Notes under the pieces: generated by a model
The model's input: the letters and a program-made list of their open reading frames with translations, nothing else
What the model was told of the DNA's origin: nothing
The model's database searches: none
Part shown: piece after piece, positions 26,889 to 37,129 of the stretch
Layout: each line of letters starts with the position of its first letter
Numbering within the stretch: position 1 is the first letter of the stretch
Program-made: the position numbers and the translations under genes
Source: a virus
Taxonomy: Duplodnaviria; Caudoviricetes
Length of the DNA: 62,722 bases
Direction: 5' to 3' (one strand)
Virus record (IMG/VR): IMGVR_UViG_3300005826_000008
Span: 1-62,722 of that record

Positions 26889-27586
26889 GAGTATTACTTG
26901 GTATTACAGGTAGTGTTGCAGCTAAGTTAGATTTGAAATTAGCTGATGCATTGAAGGCTGCGGGACATGATATAATGTATGTCTTTACAAAGTCAGCCGA
27001 GAATTTTTCATCATTGCAGTTTAGTAGTGCTTATAGAGGATGGGATGATGATAAACAGTCTGCTGAGGTACTAGAAGAATGTGTTCGTAAGGATTGGTGG
27101 ACTGATGATGATGAGTTCCCAGTTAAATATGATAATGTTAAGGAAGATGGATCATTAATTATTCCACATATTATTCTTAAAGATTGGGCAGAGGTATTTC
27201 TTATTGCTCCATTAACAGCTAATACTTTAGCAAAGATCTCTAATGGAATTGCAGATAATCTATTGACTTGTATTTTTCGGGCTTGGAATATGAATAAGCC
27301 TATTGTATTAGCGCCTGCAATGAATACTAATATGTGGAAACACCCCATAACAAAGAAAAATATATGGGATTTACAGAATACATACTCTGTATCATTTAGT
27401 GAATGGTATCAAGAAACAGGTGGGATTAGATATACTGACGACTCTCTCCTTATAGATAAGAAGATGCGTTATACATCAAGAATGTATATCGTTCTTCCTG
27501 TCGAGAAGAAACTAGCTTGCGGAGCTTTTGGTAAAGGAGCGCTAGCTCCAATTCATAATATTGTTGATTTGGTTAATAAATTATAA
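26885..27586 (+). CDS. coaC: phosphopantothenoylcysteine decarboxylase-like flavoprotein (CoaC)
   Basis: LLGITGSVAA, APLTANTLAK, PAMNTNMW, LACG. Confidence 0.85.
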   Translation: MRVLLGITGSVAAKLDLKLADALKAAGHDIMYVFTKSAENFSSLQFSSAYRGWDDDKQSAEVLEECVRKDWWTDDDEFPVKYDNVKEDGSLIIPHIILKDWAEVFLIAPLTANTLAKISNGIADNLLTCIFRAWNMNKPIVLAPAMNTNMWKHPITKKNIWDLQNTYSVSFSEWYQETGGIRYTDDSLLIDKKMRYTSRMYIVLPVEKKLACGAFGKGALAPIHNIVDLVNKL

Positions 27587-27594
27587 GAGGAAAT

Positions 27595-28695
27595 ATGAAG
27601 ATTAAGAATATTTTTATTTTACTATTGATTGGGTTATGTTCCGGCTTTAGTTGGGACGCAAAAGCTGATGATGCTTATTGGCTTGATAGTATGGATCTTT
27701 CTGGAGATTTAAGATATAGGATTGAATCTGTTGATCAAGAATATGAGGTAGCTAGGCATAGCCATTCTTTGAGTGCTAGACTTAATTTTGTTGGATATGT
27801 ATCTAATGATTTAAATATTGTTCTTGGTCTTGGAACGGGTTCTAATGATGATCCATCGAGTGAAGACCAGACTCTTGGTGGTGGTTTTTCTGCCAAACCT
27901 ATTTGGTTAAACCTTGCATATTTCAATTATTCTCCAGTTGATTGGGGAAGTCTTAATGCGGGCAAAATGGAAAACCCATTCAAATTTGTTGGTGATAATG
28001 AATTAGTTTGGGATTCAGATTTAAATCCTGAAGGACTTGCTCTTAAATTCGAACCTCAATTTGAGAATGTTTCTCCTTTTGTAAGAGGGGCTTTCTTTTG
28101 GGCTGAAGAAAGAGAAGATGATAGGGACACTATTCTTATTGGAAGTGAATTTGGTTTAAAGGTATTTACGAAGAGTTTTTATGTCTTAGCAGGAGGGAGG
28201 TATATCCATTTCAATAATATGAAGGGACACCAAGTATTATTAGACTCTCGTAATAGTTTTGGCAATGCTGCTCGTGCAGACTCTGATGGAGAGTTGTATT
28301 ATCTAAATGGATACAAATTACTTGGAGAGTTCTTTGAATTAGGTGGTAAAGTTAGTAATGTTAAATGGAAGCTATTTGCTGATTATGTGGATAATACAGA
28401 GGTCAATTTTGATAATAAGGCTTGGTTGGTAGGTGCGTCATTAGGTGAATGCAATAGAGCTTTAGATATTTGTACTAGGTATTCATATAGAAATGTTGAG
28501 AAAAATTCTGTGGTTGGAGCATTTTCTGATTATGACTTTGCTGGTGGAGTTACTGGAAGCAAAGGGCATGAAGTTAATGTTGGTACTAATCTAAGTGATT
28601 ATGTTGGTACACAGGTTTCTTATTTCAATAATGAATTTGGAGATTTGCAAGTAAGTTATCAGAAAGTACAAATTGATTTTTCTGCTAGATTTTGA
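27595..28695 (+). CDS. putative outer-membrane porin
   Basis: signal peptide, SGDLRYR, GKMENPF, WDSDLNPEG, terminal F. Confidence 0.7.
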   Translation: MKIKNIFILLLIGLCSGFSWDAKADDAYWLDSMDLSGDLRYRIESVDQEYEVARHSHSLSARLNFVGYVSNDLNIVLGLGTGSNDDPSSEDQTLGGGFSAKPIWLNLAYFNYSPVDWGSLNAGKMENPFKFVGDNELVWDSDLNPEGLALKFEPQFENVSPFVRGAFFWAEEREDDRDTILIGSEFGLKVFTKSFYVLAGGRYIHFNNMKGHQVLLDSRNSFGNAARADSDGELYYLNGYKLLGEFFELGGKVSNVKWKLFADYVDNTEVNFDNKAWLVGASLGECNRALDICTRYSYRNVEKNSVVGAFSDYDFAGGVTGSKGHEVNVGTNLSDYVGTQVSYFNNEFGDLQVSYQKVQIDFSARF

Positions 28696-29562
28696 GGTTT
28701 AGGATATGTCATTAACATCACTTAAGGCTAAGATTATTAGTTGTATTAGATCAGGTAGATATGAGACATTTATAAGTGATCGTGGTAAAGTAATTGTTGA
28801 AACTTCTTTATTCTTACATAAAGATGGGGACATGACTCCTAATTTTAAAGATATGATCTTTAATCATATTGCTGATCTAAAGCCAGAAGAAATTGATTCT
28901 TTGGAAAGATATCAATATAGTTTACTTGATACAATTGAACTTTTGCGAATGGCAAGTAATGGATCTTATGGGGGATTAGGATTAGAGACTGTTGATGCTA
29001 TTTATAATTTACTTTGTGGAAGGCTTGATAATTGGGCGTATAGTTCATCACAGTATGATGAATGTGTAAAGAAGATGTTAGAGATAACATTAGAGGAACA
29101 CAGAAATTCATTTTGGAGAAAATAAAATGGAATTTAAAGATTTAGGATTGGAAGATAAAGATAAGACTGACCAGATTGATGAGAAGGTTCGTGAGAAGCT
29201 TGGAATTGGGTTAAGTGAAATGAAGGATGCTTTATCTCAATCTGTTCAAGAGAGAGCCGTAGAGATTGTTGAGAGTATGATTAATATTGCTCCAATGGGA
29301 GATTATGAAAGGCTCATGGAGGATCCAGATGATATGGCTACTTTTCTTCGAGATGAAGCTCATAAGCCAGAACATTGGGTATTAAACTTCTTAGAGTTCA
29401 AGAACGATCATTTCCATTTCTCTTTTCTTAATAAAGCAATTGATGAGGGCGATAATTTCGTTGGGTCTGTTTTTGTAAGTCAGTCCGGTAAGATTAGGCA
29501 TGCCTTCGCATATGGTGAATAGAATATTTGTTTAGCAAGGCATTAGTGGAAATCTATAGATT

Positions 29563-29973
29563 ATGAGAAAAAGTTTTATATTAGAAAAGTTAGAGAAAGA
29601 AGGAGTTGTTATTTACAAAGGTAAAGGGAACTCTATGACTCCAAGAATTAAATCTGGAGATAAAGTAACTGTCAAAAGAGTTCATCCAAGTATTTTCCGT
29701 AAAGGAGATATGGTTTATTGTAAAGTAAAGGGTAGTTACTTCTTACACTTGATTACTGCAATCAAAGGAGATCAGTATCAAATATCTAACAACCATGGTC
29801 ATGTAAATGGTTGGATTACTAATAAGTCCATTTTCGGTTTGTGTGTTGCAGTTGAGGACCAAGAGATTATATCTTACCAGGATATTTTTAAAAGGGTGTG
29901 TGAAAATGTGGTAGAATTACCTACAACTGTATTAGCTAGTTCTTCATCTTTGGAAGATAAAAATGAAAAGTGA
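29563..29973 (+). CDS. S24/S26 peptidase-like protein
   Basis: GNSMTPRIKSGD...GDMV...LH. Confidence 0.6.
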   Translation: MRKSFILEKLEKEGVVIYKGKGNSMTPRIKSGDKVTVKRVHPSIFRKGDMVYCKVKGSYFLHLITAIKGDQYQISNNHGHVNGWITNKSIFGLCVAVEDQEIISYQDIFKRVCENVVELPTTVLASSSSLEDKNEK

Positions 29974-30675
29974 AATATATATCGAAGGACATGGAATTCC
30001 TTTTACGTTAGTAAAATGTCCTCACGGATTTTCTCTTGAGAAAATTTGTCAAGAGATTACAGATAATAATTTGAAAGCAAAAGATATAGTAAAAAGAAAT
30101 CCATCATTAAAAGCTATTGATTTTGAAAAATCAGATAAGGATTTGGTATTTATAGTTAAATCAACTCGTAGATTAGCAGATTATGAGATATCTCATATTA
30201 AGGATACATTAACTACTTTTGGAAAAGATAAGGCTCACTTCTGTTTAGTAGTAGCTGATTATTTTGATTTAGAAAGAGTTCCTAAAGTTCTTGTTCCATT
30301 TATGTGATAATTATGAAAGCTAAATTAATAATAACAAGCAGAAATCATATGTATCTTATAAGAAAAGATGCTCAAGAAGCTGTTAGGCGCATTAGTAAGC
30401 AGGTTATAATAAGTTCATCATTCCTTATGAATGAGAAAGAATATGATGACATTATAAAATGGACATCAGGAAAATGATAGGAAAATTTAAACATAATCGT
30501 ATTATTATCAATTCTAGAAATGAGTTATGTTTAAAAAGAAAACAGAATATATTTGATATTATCTCGTCTAGAATTCGTTTAGATATAATGAAAGCAGAAG
30601 ATGAACTTGTGCGCAAAGCACTTGAGTTATTTAAATAATAAATTCAAAGTTAGGTGATTTGATATATTCTTTCTC

Positions 30676-31242
30676 ATGAGAAAGAATTGTGAAATAATAA
30701 TAAATTCTGCGAATGAGATTGGAACACGTTTTGAATTAAATAGTATTGCTAGGCATATTTCGTCTCCAGTTGGTAGGGTTGCTCTGGCACAGAGTATGAC
30801 TGCCCCAATTAGGAGACATTTAGATTACAACAGAATATCAAGAAAGATATTTTTAGTAGATCCTTTGCCACAAGGTGCGCTACCTGTATATAAAGAGAGA
30901 GTATTTAAACACAATTATGTCATTATTAATTCAAGAAATGACATTGGGACAAGAGAACAATTATATAGATTTATAAATGGAACAAGAGTTGCACTTCCTA
31001 TATTTACTATAATCTCAAATCCTACAATAAACATTAGCGAGATTAAGAGTAGAAGGTTTAATATAATTGATAGGTCTATACAAAAAGCTAAGACTGAGAT
31101 TATGTCTCAAAAGGATTATAATATGTTTAACATGATAGATGATGCAACACTTGGTATATCAAAAGAAGTCCCCAAAAAGAAATCTATTTTTGATAATATT
31201 AAATCTTGGGGTAAAAAATTATTACAATATTTAGATATATAA
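30676..31242 (+). CDS. major-capsid-protein-like fragment
   Basis: GRVALAQSMTAPIRRHLDY...LVDPLPQGALPVY, NPTINISEIKSRRFNIIDR recalled as capsid N-terminal motifs. Confidence 0.5.
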   Translation: MRKNCEIIINSANEIGTRFELNSIARHISSPVGRVALAQSMTAPIRRHLDYNRISRKIFLVDPLPQGALPVYKERVFKHNYVIINSRNDIGTREQLYRFINGTRVALPIFTIISNPTINISEIKSRRFNIIDRSIQKAKTEIMSQKDYNMFNMIDDATLGISKEVPKKKSIFDNIKSWGKKLLQYLDI

Positions 31243-31248
31243 TTTGGT

Positions 31249-31665
31249 ATGGAAGATCTTCCGAAGATACCACAAAATAATAAATTCAAAGCTTATTGTA
31301 ATTCATTAAGGTGTCCTTTATGTGGTGCGCAACTAGATGGAAATATTCATCCAAAAGGGGCTTCATTATATTGTGTTCAAGATAATGATGAATATTCAAT
31401 TAAATTGAATCCTAATTTTGATAAGCCTATTAATGAAACGTTAAGACATACTTTTAATGATTATGAGTACTACATTTCTATTACAAGAGTGTTTAACAGT
31501 TGGCTATCTGTTATCAATAGGGTTAGTACGGAGATTCATCCTAGTTTAAGATATAAGTTTTGGGAAGAGATATTTAGGTTTGAGGGAAGATTAACTTTCT
31601 TTAGAAAGAAATTGGATAGAGAAGAATTTGTTAGAAAGTTGAAGCTTTACAATGTATTCAGCTGA
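31249..31665 (+). CDS. Zn-ribbon hypothetical protein, C-terminal LYNVFS
   Basis: NSLRCPLCGAQLD; paralogous to 31841..32241. Confidence 0.65.
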   Translation: MEDLPKIPQNNKFKAYCNSLRCPLCGAQLDGNIHPKGASLYCVQDNDEYSIKLNPNFDKPINETLRHTFNDYEYYISITRVFNSWLSVINRVSTEIHPSLRYKFWEEIFRFEGRLTFFRKKLDREEFVRKLKLYNVFS

Positions 31666-31839
31666 TTTTAAAGAGCCGCTTTGTATAAGTAAAAAGAATT
31701 TGAAAAGGGCGAAGCCTGATAATGTTAAGAGACTTGCGCGTTGGCTTGGTCTTAACATTGATGGAATGAGTGATAGACAGATTATCAAGATTGTTTGGTG
31801 GAGAATAACAAGACACCACAAAAGAAGGGCAGAAGATAT

Positions 31840-32241
31840 ATGGTGATAATGGCACCAAAGAAAGAACTTTTAAACAGTTTGAAATGTCCTGTGTGTGGTG
31901 GGCAAATAGATATTGCTCGTGTTTGTGGTTCAAATTATGGTTGTGTTAACAACCCATATCATTACAATCTGAATATAGAGACTGGTTCCGTTGCTATTTT
32001 CTCATTTCTCACACGAGAAAGAATAACCTTATATGACTCTAAATATAGATATGATATACTTAGAATTCATGGAGAGAGTATAAAAACAAAGATTGAAATA
32101 TTTGATATTGATGGAGAGAGGCGAGTTATCTTTTCATTCAAGGATAAGTTTGTTGAAATAGATGGAGATGCTTTTGATTTCAACAATTTCAATTCAGATA
32201 AAGCATTAAATAGAATTAAGACGATATTGTTATTCCAGTAA
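31840..32241 (+). CDS. Zn-ribbon hypothetical protein, C-terminal TILLFQ
   Basis: NSLKCPVCGGQID. Confidence 0.65.
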   Translation: MVIMAPKKELLNSLKCPVCGGQIDIARVCGSNYGCVNNPYHYNLNIETGSVAIFSFLTRERITLYDSKYRYDILRIHGESIKTKIEIFDIDGERRVIFSFKDKFVEIDGDAFDFNNFNSDKALNRIKTILLFQ

Positions 32242-32252
32242 TTGGAGGAGAT

Positions 32253-33080
32253 ATGTCAAAATCGTATAGAGAAGGTGGTCATACCGGTCCTTATAAGTTT
32301 AGTAGAAGGTATACTACAAGAAAAGTGAGAAGAGCATCAAGAGATTTTTGCAATCAAATCAAAGTAGATTTTGATCTTGATGAGGGTTCTGATTTAGAAC
32401 AAGAACCAAATGACCATACTGATTTTAAAAGAGGATGGAAACCCTTGTATCGTTGGCTTGAATCGCATGTCGATGAAAAATGGGATGATGTTTATTCAGA
32501 GTTATCAACAAAGATTAAAACTGTCTTTGGTAAAGATGAACATGTAAAATCTATTATAAATAGTATTGTGGATTTTCACCCAAGTGAAGATGAAAAAGAA
32601 ACATGGTATAGACATGAATTTTATGTTGATGATCAAGGTGTCTTGAATAGAAAGAAACGTGTTACAAGAAGAACATATTATTCTTATAGAAAGTTTGATG
32701 TAAAAAAATTAACAGATTTTCTTAATGGAAGAATAATTGGAAGATATAATGGTGTATATTATTGGTTTACTCCAACGTCAAAATTACGGTCGAAACAAGA
32801 AGAATATAAATGTATTTGGTTTAAAACAGAACCGGAAGATTATTATGCTATTCCTTGGAACGGAAGGTATATAAGATATGTAAAGAAAGAATATTCTCTT
32901 ATTGATGATGGTTTTAATAAGAGATGGAAATGGGATTGGGTTGATATTGCTGGATATGGAGAGACTATAAATACAAGAAGACTTGATCCATTAACGGATG
33001 AAGAGATTAATTGGTTTAAGGGATTACCCGGTTATTATCAGGAAGAGATTTTAAAGTGGTCTCCATCAAATTGTGAATAA
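32253..33080 (+). CDS. hypothetical protein
   Basis: GGAGG RBS, 275 aa. Confidence 0.7.
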   Translation: MSKSYREGGHTGPYKFSRRYTTRKVRRASRDFCNQIKVDFDLDEGSDLEQEPNDHTDFKRGWKPLYRWLESHVDEKWDDVYSELSTKIKTVFGKDEHVKSIINSIVDFHPSEDEKETWYRHEFYVDDQGVLNRKKRVTRRTYYSYRKFDVKKLTDFLNGRIIGRYNGVYYWFTPTSKLRSKQEEYKCIWFKTEPEDYYAIPWNGRYIRYVKKEYSLIDDGFNKRWKWDWVDIAGYGETINTRRLDPLTDEEINWFKGLPGYYQEEILKWSPSNCE

Positions 33081-33094
33081 CAAAGCATACTTGT

Positions 33095-33628
33095 ATGGCA
33101 TATGGTGACGAGTTTAAGGTTTTTGGACCTTATAAAAGAAAAGATGATAGGCAAATTGTAATCGTTGTTGATAAAAACGGTGTGCGTCGTACCATATCTT
33201 ATCCAAAGTGGGTTATGGAACTTCAGCTTGGAAGGAAGTTAGACCCTGATTTAGAAACTGTTGATCATTTAGATGGAGATGTAAACAATAATAATGTTTC
33301 GAATCTAAGGGTCGTACCTAGAGAAGAGCATTCTGCTGATGATACTAGGAGAGTAAAGCCTATAAAGATGGAATGTGCTTGGTGTGGAAAGAAATTTGAA
33401 CGTAGCCCAAGAATAATTAGAGAGAAAGCTAGAAAAGGTAAAGCTGGTCCATTCTGTTCTAGAGCTTGTGCTGGCAAATATGCAAGGATGTTACAACTCA
33501 AATTGATTGATAAATTTGATAGCCAAGAGTCAGTAGACAGTGTTTATTATAAAAGGAAGCATGTTAAAGCTTCCACATTGATACCTATTGATTATCTTCT
33601 AGATTATCTCTGTGATATCTGGGATTAA
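33095..33628 (+). CDS. HNH endonuclease
   Basis: ETVDHLDGDVNNNNVSNLRV...H; CAWCG, FCSRAC. Confidence 0.8.
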   Translation: MAYGDEFKVFGPYKRKDDRQIVIVVDKNGVRRTISYPKWVMELQLGRKLDPDLETVDHLDGDVNNNNVSNLRVVPREEHSADDTRRVKPIKMECAWCGKKFERSPRIIREKARKGKAGPFCSRACAGKYARMLQLKLIDKFDSQESVDSVYYKRKHVKASTLIPIDYLLDYLCDIWD

Positions 33629-33647
33629 TTTTTTAAATATCGCAGGG

Positions 33648-33675
33648 TTGACTGCCTTTTTTTTGTGATTACTAT
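33648..33675 (+). promoter_or_regulatory. sigma70-like promoter
   Basis: GGG-TTGACT-N16-TACTAT. Confidence 0.55.
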
Positions 33676-33697
33676 ATAAAGATATGGGAGATTGAAT

Positions 33698-34207
33698 ATG
33701 TCTGATAAGATGACAATTGCGCAAGCATTAAGAAGAGTTAAAAAGATTAAGGGTTTGCTTTATGAGCATATGAGTAGGGCGCAAGAATGTGCTTCTTATA
33801 TGGAAGATAAAAAGCCAGAGTTTGATTTTGATGAAGAAGTTAGTGCTATGAGTTCATTAACAAATGAAATGCTTAATTTACAAGCCAAAATAGCAGTAGC
33901 TAACTCTAATGCCATTATTTCAAATGATGGTACTGAATGTAGTCTTACCATGGCTATTCGTATCTTAGAGGAACTTAAAGGTCAAATCAAGTTTTATAGT
34001 GGTTTGACCTTGCGTCATGGTATTGAAAAACAAAAAGAACAAATGTGGGATGAAAATGCTGATAAGTTTGTAACTAAGGTTGAAGAGATTAATTATATCT
34101 CTGCTATGACTGAAAGACAAAGAGCTGATAAAATTCGTTCATTGAATGATCAGTTTGAAGCATTGAACAATGCTGTTGAGGATGCAAACCACGTAACACT
34201 TGTTTAA
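33698..34207 (+). CDS. DIP1984/septicolysin-like coiled-coil protein
   Basis: MTIAQAL, L..KIAVAN, SLTMAI, C-terminal VEDANHVT pattern. Confidence 0.55.
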   Translation: MSDKMTIAQALRRVKKIKGLLYEHMSRAQECASYMEDKKPEFDFDEEVSAMSSLTNEMLNLQAKIAVANSNAIISNDGTECSLTMAIRILEELKGQIKFYSGLTLRHGIEKQKEQMWDENADKFVTKVEEINYISAMTERQRADKIRSLNDQFEALNNAVEDANHVTLV

Positions 34208-34220
34208 AGTTTTGCCTAAG

Positions 34221-34500
34221 GGCAATAATGGAAGGAGATTGTTATTGAAAGTAATTTAGGGGATCCCCTTATTCAATTGGGAATATAACTTTGTTATATT
34301 AAAATTGGATAAAATTATAGATTATACAAGGGCATTTTCGGCATCGATCTCGATATTGTTTAGACTTTATCTTATATAAAATAAGTCTTATTAGCAATTA
34401 GAGGTTAGCGTTCAGATTTTGAGCACTTAGCAATTAGCATTGAGCGGTAAGCTATTAGCACTTGTTAACCCTGATTATTTTCATAACAATTCTCTTTGCC
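34221..34500 (+). ncRNA. long-stem structured RNA containing heptamer repeats
   Basis: ~30-bp imperfect closing stem; ~10 TTAGCAN-like units at 34391-34461. Confidence 0.6.
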
Positions 34501-34836
34501 ATATACAATGTTATTAATAATGTGATATTTGGGTTTGCTTTTTAAATAAGCACCTATTGATAGGTTATTTTATGATTACTATTGATTTAATTAATATTAT
34601 TCGTGAAAAATTTGGTGAGTTTCAAGTAATGGGTACTGGTTCTTTTCACAGATTTATAAGAAATGATCCTAATACAGGACATCCTTTTATGTTTTTAGTG
34701 TATGAAGAGAGTAATAATGTATATTTCCTTACCTCTACAAAAGAGTGGATGACTGCTAAGTATTTTAAGAAATACTTGAAATTATTGGTATTCTCATAAG
34801 ATTACTAATAAGATGATATAGTTATATTGTTATTAT

Positions 34837-34912
34837 GATAGCGTGACCCGAATGGTAAGGGACCACTCTGCAAAAGTGGTAATTGTAGGTTCGACTCCTA
34901 TCGCTATCTCCA
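34837..34912 (+). tRNA. tRNA-Cys(GCA)
   Basis: CCACT-CTGCAAA-AGTGG, TCCA. Confidence 0.92.
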
Positions 34913-34916
34913 TAAT

Positions 34917-35007
34917 GGAAGGTAAACCATGCCGGGCATGGCACTCGCTGGAAACGAGCTGGTATTCATTAGATGGGTATTTGATTCGACTTCAATTCCT
35001 TCCGCCA
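34917..35007 (+). tRNA. tRNA-Ser(GGA)
   Basis: CTCG-CTGGAAA-CGAG, long variable arm, GCCA. Confidence 0.82.
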
Positions 35008-35010
35008 ATT

Positions 35011-35096
35011 GGAAGATTAACCAAATAGGATTTGGCGTCGCCTCGAAAGCGAATGGCACCGAGAGGTGTGGGTTTCGATTACTCAATCTTCCGCCA
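35011..35096 (+). tRNA. tRNA-Ser(CGA)
   Basis: TCGC-CTCGAAA-GCGA, long variable arm, GCCA. Confidence 0.82.
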
Positions 35097-35802
35097 GGTA
35101 TTTACTATAATCTTGTAGTATACTTTCTGCTATAAGCTTTTTTCTTGGCATACTAATTGTATCTGAACTGTACAACCAATGAAGAAATTTGACACATTTT
35201 TTATGACCAGAAAATTGTATTTTATACATATTATGTTTTGAATAAACAACTCTTCCGTTGATAACTTTATTTTTGGGTTTTTGTTGTATTACACTGTGTT
35301 TAAAGTTTATATCATTTAGTTTATCTGATATAGTAAGTAAGAAGTTTTCGCTTGCACCACACAAATATACTGTAGTTTGCTCATATGTTTTGTTATTGTG
35401 AGCTTTATATTGTGATCTGTATATGCTGCCATCTCCATCAATGCATCCTTTTAAAAAGTCGTTAAAGTGTATATCTGGTATGTCGGGTAATTCTTGGGTT
35501 AAAGATTTTTTTGGACAACATTTGTGTTCCACAAACCAATTATAAATGTCTTTCCCGTATAAAAATAAAGTTGAACTGTTATTACAAGTATCTCTTATAT
35601 TACCGTCCCCGCCAAGTTCTTTTTGTATTAGTTCTAACCAATCAATATCTTTTGAGCACAAACTAATTTTAAATGAATTGGTTCGACTTTTGTCTTGTAT
35701 AAGATTTCCATCTGTAATAAATGCTCCAAGTAAATAATATGATAGTGCATCTTCGTTGTTTAAAACTTTTTTAGTGTTTTCATATGTGCATCTTTGCAAC
35801 AA
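35083..35802 (-). CDS. LAGLIDADG homing endonuclease
   Basis: YLLGAFITDGN and FLKGCIDGDGS double motif. Confidence 0.88.
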   Translation of the reverse strand: MLQRCTYENTKKVLNNEDALSYYLLGAFITDGNLIQDKSRTNSFKISLCSKDIDWLELIQKELGGDGNIRDTCNNSSTLFLYGKDIYNWFVEHKCCPKKSLTQELPDIPDIHFNDFLKGCIDGDGSIYRSQYKAHNNKTYEQTTVYLCGASENFLLTISDKLNDINFKHSVIQQKPKNKVINGRVVYSKHNMYKIQFSGHKKCVKFLHWLYSSDTISMPRKKLIAESILQDYSKYLAED

Positions 35803-35866
35803 AATTACCTCGCGGACTGAACGCGAACTAGAACTTATATGACTATGATGATATATTGACAGATAT

Positions 35867-35951
35867 AGAGAATGAACTGCAACGGTTGCAGACTTGCCTG
35901 CTAAGCAATGTGTACCTCTGGTATAGTGTTCGACTCACTCTTTCTCTGCCA
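35867..35951 (+). tRNA. tRNA-Ser(GCT)
   Basis: TTGC-CTGCTAA-GCAA, long variable arm, GCCA. Confidence 0.8.
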
Positions 35952-36094
35952 AGAGTAAGTTATGGAATACATTAAAGAATTGGTATCAAAGACTTTTTTA
36001 ATTCTTATTGGTTTACTTTCGTATGCTATGATAATTTCTGATCTTCCTATTGACCAGCTCATTATAATAATGATGATGCAACAGTGGTGATTAA

Positions 36095-36595
36095 ATGAAT
36101 TTTAATGAAAAATTTGATGAACTTAGTAATCAATTAAAAACTAGGGATTGGTTTTATGATATCTCCCGTGATAAATATGGTCGGGTTGTTGTTTATGCAT
36201 TATGGATGAGTGGAGATATTTTAAGTGAAGTCCCTCATACATTATGTGGTAAACAAGTTTTACTTCATTTCGCTAATATAAGGAAAGAGGAAGATCATAA
36301 AATGGTTTCACTTTCCGATCTTCATATCAATGATTATGAGGAGGATAGAGAGGCTAAAGAAGCTGTTGTTGAAACTACTGATGAAATTACAAGTTTATCA
36401 GAGTTAACTAACAAACTTGATAAATTAGAGAAGATTTGCGGAACTAATACACTTGGAGATATCTTTTTTGAATCTCATGATGGAAAGAACGCAGTAACTA
36501 ATTGGTCAGCTAAATTTCCTGATATTAGAAAAGATATGGATAAATTGCTTAACAAATTTGGGTTTGATGTCCTCTATGAAGAGTTGGAGTTATAA
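36095..36595 (+). CDS. hypothetical protein
   Basis: 166-aa ORF. Confidence 0.6.
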   Translation: MNFNEKFDELSNQLKTRDWFYDISRDKYGRVVVYALWMSGDILSEVPHTLCGKQVLLHFANIRKEEDHKMVSLSDLHINDYEEDREAKEAVVETTDEITSLSELTNKLDKLEKICGTNTLGDIFFESHDGKNAVTNWSAKFPDIRKDMDKLLNKFGFDVLYEELEL

Positions 36596-37129
36596 TGGAA
36601 TTATTTAATGAGGGTACAATACGTGATCTAATATTATTATCTGAGCATGGTGAGAATGCAAATGATTTCAGTGATGATAAATCATTTATGGATAAGTTTC
36701 TGACTGCTAAAGCCCTTATTGATCGCTGGGGAAATATACCGACATATCTTTTATGTAGTGAAGAAAATAAGGAATTCATTATTGATTCTTTAAATAAGAA
36801 CCCGTATTACCGAGAAAGAAATAGTGATTGTTTTGATCATAGATATGGTGATTGCATTAAAGAATATAAAATTTGGTCGATGGATATCTTTTTCTCAGAG
36901 ATGATTCCAATGAATAGAGTTGTTGTGGTTTCAGTCGATGAATATGGTAATTTAAATGGAGATGTGCCAAGTAGATCAGTATCATCATTTATCATATAGT
37001 ATGCACTATATGTAGTGTCAGTATGCAAAAGTGAAGTTTACCCCTATAAAACTAGGTATATTCTAGAATTAGAGTGTAGAACATATCTCTTTGATAAGGA
37101 GGTGGGCATTATTAATTTTAAGAACGTAA

